11,399 nucleotides of DNA. It comes from Candidatus Micrarchaeota archaeon. GTDB lineage: Archaea > Micrarchaeota > Micrarchaeia > Norongarragalinales > SBBD01. The position numbers were made by a program, and so were the translations under genes. The notes below the pieces were generated by a model. It was not told the DNA's origin. It worked only from the letters and a program-made list of their open reading frames with translations, and made no database searches. Shown piece by piece: positions 7,228 through 11,399 of the stretch (within the stretch, counting starts at the first letter, position 1; every line of letters starts with the position of its first letter). The stretch is from NCBI GenBank assembly GCA_038046605.1, contig JBBSVW010000075.1, positions 1 to 11,399 on the forward strand, read 5' to 3'.

Positions 7228-7425
7228 TAGCCCCGGGCAGATTTTCGCGCCTTGCCCCTTTCTTTAAAAAAGAAAGGTGCGAACGGCTCCGCGCCAAAGA
7301 AATAATTTGATTTACGGATCAAAATGATATTTTTCTCAGAAGCGAAGCCGCCGAATTTAAAGGCATTTCGAACTGCCGTCTACAGGTCCAAAGCCTGCCA
7401 TGCTTGGCCGCTACACTACGGGGCT
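7228..7425 (-). tRNA. tRNA-Gln(TTG) with a 125-nt intron in the T-loop (59/60); exons 7425-7367 and 7241-7228; CCA not encoded
   Basis: Minus strand reads AGCCCCG TA GTGT AGCGGCCAA GCAT G GCAGG CTTTGGA CCTGT AGAC GGCAG TTCGAA [intron] T CTGCC CGGGGCT A. The 73-nt mature tRNA has the A1-U72 pair typical of archaeal tRNA-Gln. Confidence 0.95.
7242..7366 (-). other. tRNA intron at 59/60 with strict bulge-helix-bulge; MITE/REP-like core
   Basis: T-stem GGCAG/CTGCC, 3-nt bulge AAT, 4-bp helix TTCG/CGAA, 3-nt bulge AAA, intron helix TGCCTT/AAGGCG. Confidence 0.92.
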
Positions 7426-7451
7426 AGCCCTATTTTTCTGCATCCCTTCCT

Positions 7452-8102
7452 TTAAATGGCTTCCACTTTGCCCAATTTCCTGGCAAAAACAACCAAATTC
7501 TGCGATTTTTCAAGGGGAACCTTTTTGCCATCCTTTTCATAGAAGCTATCCATGATTTCAAAGCCCTTGCCTTCAAGCAAGCCTTCGAGCTCCCCTTTTT
7601 TGAAGAAATAGTAGTACCTGCCCCGGCCAATCCCTCCGGGCACCTTCCACTCGATGCTTGCCTCCTTTTTTCCCCCGGATTGGTTTTCCGACCAAACTGA
7701 AACGAAAAGAAGGCCGCCTTTTTTTAGGGTGCGGGAAAATTCCAAAATTGCTTGGGGCTGCTCCTTGGGAATTAGGTGGTGAAGGGCCGCTATGCAGGCG
7801 ATTTCATCGAAAAACGAGGCGGAAAACGGGATTTTTTGGATTTGACCATCGACGACGCATGCATTTTTTGCATCCGAGTCAAGAAGCCTTTGCCTTGCAT
7901 ATTTGAGCATCTCAAATGACGAATCGATGCCATATGCCTCCTTGCATCCCCTTGCGATTTCCACAAGGTTCCTGCCATTTCCGCAGCCGGCGTCCAGTGC
8001 CCGATCCCCGGGCTGGATTTTAGGGAGGAAGAATTTTAGCGCCGAAAATGGGGTTTTCCTGCTTTTTTCCCATTCGGAGGCGATTTCGTTGTATACTTGC
8101 AT
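7452..8102 (-). CDS. Class I SAM-dependent methyltransferase, Trm9/ALKBH8-like (putative tRNA cm5U34 methyltransferase)
   Basis: VYNEIA..W...R.TP, LDAGCGNG (motif I), IAALHHL, R.LKKGG...VSVW and RYYYFF..GELE parallel the Trm9/ALKBH8 methyltransferase motifs. Confidence 0.85.
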   Translation of the reverse strand: MQVYNEIASEWEKSRKTPFSALKFFLPKIQPGDRALDAGCGNGRNLVEIARGCKEAYGIDSSFEMLKYARQRLLDSDAKNACVVDGQIQKIPFSASFFDEIACIAALHHLIPKEQPQAILEFSRTLKKGGLLFVSVWSENQSGGKKEASIEWKVPGGIGRGRYYYFFKKGELEGLLEGKGFEIMDSFYEKDGKKVPLEKSQNLVVFARKLGKVEAI

Positions 8103-8151
8103 GCGATCATTCCTATAATGCGATTACATTTAAGATTTCCATTGCGGCCAA

Positions 8152-8661
8152 TTAGGTGATGTCAATTTTGAAAAACACATCGAATTTTTCCCCGTTTTCC
8201 TTCTCGAGGATTATTTTTACTATGTGTTTGCCCCTTTCCCGGATCCTAAGCGCTTCATAAAATGTTTTTCTCCCTCCGTTTGCAAGAACGGCTTTTTTTG
8301 CTTGCGAGCTTTTTCCATCCACCATAATTTCGAAGGAATAAAGCCCCCCCTTGCCCTCCCTGTTCAATATGTCAAAGCCGAATGTGAATGTTTCGTTTGC
8401 CTCCATTTCCTTGGGGATGGTCTTTTCAAGCAAAACCAATGCTGAGTATTTCTCCGGCTGCTTTTGGAAGAGCATCAGGAGCATCACAAGGGAAAAAAGG
8501 GCCGCCGTTGCGAGGAGGTATTTGAAAACAGTGTTCCCATCCAATGCGTTCGCGGTTGCATCATTCTTAATTCCTTTGGCATTAAGCGCCATCCTGCCTT
8601 TTTTTGCTGCCTTCGATGCGCGACCGCCTCCCGATCCACCAGCCTTGCGTTTTATCCCCAT
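8152..8661 (-). CDS. Single-TM protein with Ig-like C-terminal domain (DUF1616-like)
   Basis: Basic N-terminus, one TM helix, then a beta-rich region with F.F.I.NREG....Y, recalling DUF1616 (from memory, not searched). Confidence 0.65.
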   Translation of the reverse strand: MGIKRKAGGSGGGRASKAAKKGRMALNAKGIKNDATANALDGNTVFKYLLATAALFSLVMLLMLFQKQPEKYSALVLLEKTIPKEMEANETFTFGFDILNREGKGGLYSFEIMVDGKSSQAKKAVLANGGRKTFYEALRIRERGKHIVKIILEKENGEKFDVFFKIDIT

Positions 8662-8683
8662 GATGTAATTTTCGGAGGTGCAA

Positions 8684-8690
8684 TTTATAA
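8684..8690. promoter_or_regulatory. Palindromic TATA box shared by divergent genes
   Basis: TTTATAA (TTATAA palindrome) lies 22 nt from ATG 8661(-) and 24 nt from ATG 8715(+). Confidence 0.5.
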
Positions 8691-8714
8691 TCCCTAATTC
8701 CCAAATCGTAGCCT

Positions 8715-9113
8715 ATGGAAATTGGGGAATTGGAAAAGCTTGCCATGGTTTTGGAGGCCTTGGCGTTAAGCGGCGCCTACGGGATTATGGCAAAAAACAT
8801 AGGGGAGGGGAAAGCCGAAATCACGCATTATCTTTTCCCCAAATTTTTTCCCAACATCAAGCCTGCCATGAGCGCTAAGGAAGTTGGCGAAAATCCCGCA
8901 TATTTTGAGGCACTTTCAAAAATGAAAGCCGCAGGGTTCGAATTCGATACGGCCGATGCAAGTGGGAATTTTACCGGCCTTGCCAGATTGGTGGAAGTGC
9001 TGCCGTTTGCATTACAGGAAACCGAGCTTGCCGAAATCCGGAGAATAAAGGGTTTTGCGGCCCTCAATTATTTGATTGGCGTGCTGGATTCAAAAAATAT
9101 CCAGAAAATATAA
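8715..9113 (+). CDS. Hypothetical protein, 132 aa
   Basis: ATG-to-TAA ORF that fills the gap, with a TATA box at leaderless spacing. No motif recognised. Confidence 0.7.
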   Translation: MEIGELEKLAMVLEALALSGAYGIMAKNIGEGKAEITHYLFPKFFPNIKPAMSAKEVGENPAYFEALSKMKAAGFEFDTADASGNFTGLARLVEVLPFALQETELAEIRRIKGFAALNYLIGVLDSKNIQKI

Positions 9114-9225
9114 AATTTCAAAGTCCCTGCTAAGCTTTTGCCTTTTTTCCTATTAGCCCATTTTGCCTCCCGAATCCCAACCTATAAATAGCTTGATTTC
9201 CAGAAGAATCCGGAAGGTGTTAAGC

Positions 9226-9756
9226 ATGAAATTCGTTGCATTAATTCTACTGGCTTCCATTTTGCTTTTCGGCTGCACAAGCACTCCGCCGCAGGCAAGC
9301 CCGTCGGTGAATATTGTAGCGTCCGTTCAGCCCTCGGGAGTTCTGGCCTCTTCAGTTTCCGCCTCAACGATAATTCCGTCAAATGCGCCCTCGCCCATTT
9401 CCGGCCTCTCCAAATTCGTGCCATACGACAAGGAGCAATACGAGAATGCCCTGCTTTCCGGTAAAATCATCCTCATGTTTTTCCAATCAAGCGCATGCCC
9501 GGATTGCGAGATTCAGAAGGCCGTAATTGAGGGCACCTTCAAATCGATGGCCCTAAGCAACGTCGCCGGTTTCAACGTCAAATTCATTCCTCCGCAGGCA
9601 AATCCCGACGAGGAGGCGATTGCAAAAATATTTTCCGTCAATTCAAGCGGCACCATCCTGGTTCTCGGGGAGAGTGCTGTCGAGAAATACAAGGATTCGA
9701 GGAGCCTATCCTCGGAGGAAATAGTTCTTGAACTTGAAAAAGCCGGCGCGAGGTAA
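9226..9756 (+). CDS. Thioredoxin-like lipoprotein
   Basis: Signal peptide with lipobox LLFGC, Ser/Pro-rich linker, then ILMFFQSSACPDC (CxxC). ATG 9226 follows an SD-like AGGTG and is preferred over TTG 9163. Confidence 0.85.
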   Translation: MKFVALILLASILLFGCTSTPPQASPSVNIVASVQPSGVLASSVSASTIIPSNAPSPISGLSKFVPYDKEQYENALLSGKIILMFFQSSACPDCEIQKAVIEGTFKSMALSNVAGFNVKFIPPQANPDEEAIAKIFSVNSSGTILVLGESAVEKYKDSRSLSSEEIVLELEKAGAR

Positions 9757-9853
9757 TTTGCCCATTAGTTGAATTGGAAATTGATGCGGGAGCGCTTTTT
9801 TGCATGCTTGCTAAGGTTAATATTTGGTTTTAACATCCTAGTTATGAATCCGC

Positions 9854-10801
9854 ATGCCAATTGCCCTGAGTGTAAAGGATATTTCCCTGAGCTATGGCAA
9901 AACGCAGGTGCTGAAGGGATGCTCGCTTGATGTCGAGGAGAATGAGATTTTCGGGCTGCTTGGGCCAAATGGCGCAGGGAAAAGCTCGCTTATGAGAGTT
10001 ATAACCGGACAGGCAAGGCCCCAAAACGGCCAGGTCGGCTACTGGGGCAAGGATTTATCCTATGCCATTTCCGAAATCAAGAAATTCATTGGTCTAGTGC
10101 CGCAGGACTATTCGTTCGCCTTTGATTTTACTGTTCTCGAAAACTTGCGGTATTTTTCAAAGCTTTACGATTTTAGCGGGGATGAGCTGGAAAAAAAGGT
10201 CGAATCACAAATCTCATCTTTCCTCCTAGGGGGCAAAAGGGATGCTGTTGCTTCCAACCTTTCTGGGGGCTACAAGCGCTTGCTGAATTTTGCACTCTCC
10301 ACCCTCCATTCTCCAAAATTGCTTTTGCTGGATGAGCCTACCGTAGGCCTTGATCCCGACATCCGCTTCACCGTTTGGCAAATTATAAAGCAGATGAGGG
10401 ATCAAGGAAAGACGATAATACTGACGACGCACTATTTGGAGGAAGCAACCTACCTATGCGATCGGCTTGCAATAATTTACGCGGGCCAAATATTGGTGCT
10501 TGGCACCCCTACGGAATTGATTGCCAAGTATGGTGGCGATACCACCATTTTCGTGAAATTATCTATTCCAGCCGCATCTTTAGAAAATTCCGTAAAAAAA
10601 ATCAAGGGGATCATCAGTGCGCAGGCAAATGGCAAGGTTTTGGTTGTTAATTGCTCGCCAATCGATGTCCTTAGGGTCATAACCTCCCTTGGGACTTTCA
10701 TTGCCAGGGAGGATTTGACCGTGCAGGAAACATACGTGAAGGAGCCCACGATGGATGATGTGTTCAAGGCGCTTGTTGGAAGGGAAATAGGTGTCAAATA
10801 A
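9854..10801 (+). CDS. ABC-2 type (DrrA/NatA-like) exporter ATP-binding protein
   Basis: Walker A GPNGAGKS, Q-loop VPQ, signature LSGGYKR, Walker B LLLLDEPT, H-loop TTHY, and C-terminal EPTMDDVF. Confidence 0.95.
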   Translation: MPIALSVKDISLSYGKTQVLKGCSLDVEENEIFGLLGPNGAGKSSLMRVITGQARPQNGQVGYWGKDLSYAISEIKKFIGLVPQDYSFAFDFTVLENLRYFSKLYDFSGDELEKKVESQISSFLLGGKRDAVASNLSGGYKRLLNFALSTLHSPKLLLLDEPTVGLDPDIRFTVWQIIKQMRDQGKTIILTTHYLEEATYLCDRLAIIYAGQILVLGTPTELIAKYGGDTTIFVKLSIPAASLENSVKKIKGIISAQANGKVLVVNCSPIDVLRVITSLGTFIAREDLTVQETYVKEPTMDDVFKALVGREIGVK

Positions 10802-11397
10802 TGGGCATTTTTACCGTTATGAAAATGGAGCTTAAGTTCATCTCCTCGCAAGGGTCGACTGCCCTGTTGATTTTGCTCTACCCCCTTGTGCTCATGATGG
10901 TTGTCGGGCCAATTTTCACTTCTATTGGCGCAAAGGGCGTCCTGATTGCCGTCCATTCGGAATTAAGCGATCCCCTTCCAGAGCTGGAATCGCAATTTGT
11001 GTATTTGGTCAAATCAAAGCCTGATATGATACGCGAGGTATTGTCCGGAAAAGCGGTAATGGGCCTTAGCATGGAGGTCGATGGGAATGGGAGGAGGCAT
11101 ATGTACGCCTACTATACTCCCGGAAAGGAAATTGTTGCAAACGCCCTTGCATTGCAATTGCAGGGGAAATTTTCTGATGTATCCGCCACCCATGTCGAGA
11201 CCAACCTGATTGCGATTTGGCAGAACATGAAGAGCCTCTCAACTGATATCGATGCAAAGCTTGTGAAAATACCAAGCGTCCGGAGTTCCCTATTAGAGAG
11301 CAAGAACAAGATGTCCTCATTAAAAAGCAACATGGATTTCCAGCAAAGTGCGGTTCACGATAATTGGGTTACACTTTTTCACAATACAAATGCATAG
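10801..11397 (+). CDS. ABC-2 type permease, N-terminal part (TM1, extracellular domain, coiled coil); appears truncated
   Basis: TAATG coupling to the ATPase; MKMELKFI...LLILLYPLVLMMVVGPIF start typical of ABC-2 permeases. The C-terminal TM bundle is absent before TAG at 11395-11397. Confidence 0.75.
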   Translation: MGIFTVMKMELKFISSQGSTALLILLYPLVLMMVVGPIFTSIGAKGVLIAVHSELSDPLPELESQFVYLVKSKPDMIREVLSGKAVMGLSMEVDGNGRRHMYAYYTPGKEIVANALALQLQGKFSDVSATHVETNLIAIWQNMKSLSTDIDAKLVKIPSVRSSLLESKNKMSSLKSNMDFQQSAVHDNWVTLFHNTNA

Positions 11398-11399
11398 TA

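Noticed and set aside
7242-7366. Box C/D guide RNA within the intron (as in euryarchaeal tRNA-Trp introns)
   Set aside because: One CTGA is present in the sense strand, but there is no RTGATGA C box or terminal C/D arrangement, and the Asn intron lacks both.
7243-7370. CGAAA direct repeat flanking the Gln intron core as a target-site duplication
   Set aside because: It is fully explained by the BHB requirement (TTCG/CGAA plus A-rich bulges), does not reconstruct the empty site exactly, and is not preserved in the Asn copy.
633-7425. Integrated element or composite transposon bounded by the two tRNAs or their inverted introns
   Set aside because: The interval holds core genes (tyrS, rps17e), has no integrase or transposase, and shows no duplicated tRNA 3' end (att site).
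1-11399. CRISPR array or tandem repeat array
   Set aside because: No regularly spaced direct repeats were seen by eye; the only notable repeat is the two-copy intron element.

Overview
Archaeal chromosomal segment. S17e, an archaeal-type TyrRS, tRNA-Gln with A1-U72 and BHB-type tRNA introns show this directly; a DPANN/Micrarchaeota-like origin is inference only. Left to right: N-terminus of a class I fumarate hydratase alpha subunit ending at a TAA, a small hypothetical gene, tRNA-Asn(GTT), a membrane-anchored thioredoxin-like protein coupled to a processive GT2 glycosyltransferase, a polytopic membrane protein, a GT4 glycosyltransferase, tyrS, rps17e, tRNA-Gln(TTG), a Trm9/ALKBH8-like methyltransferase, two small hypotheticals, a thioredoxin-like lipoprotein and an ABC-2 exporter ATPase/permease. 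The main finding is that both tRNAs carry long, structured introns (84 and 125 nt) at the same non-canonical T-loop position 59/60. The two introns look like homologous copies of one element, with short terminal inverted repeats and a conserved CCTTTCTTT/AAAGAAAGG hairpin, lying in opposite orientations relative to their host tRNAs. This suggests a MITE/REP-like DNA element housed inside spliceable tRNA introns.
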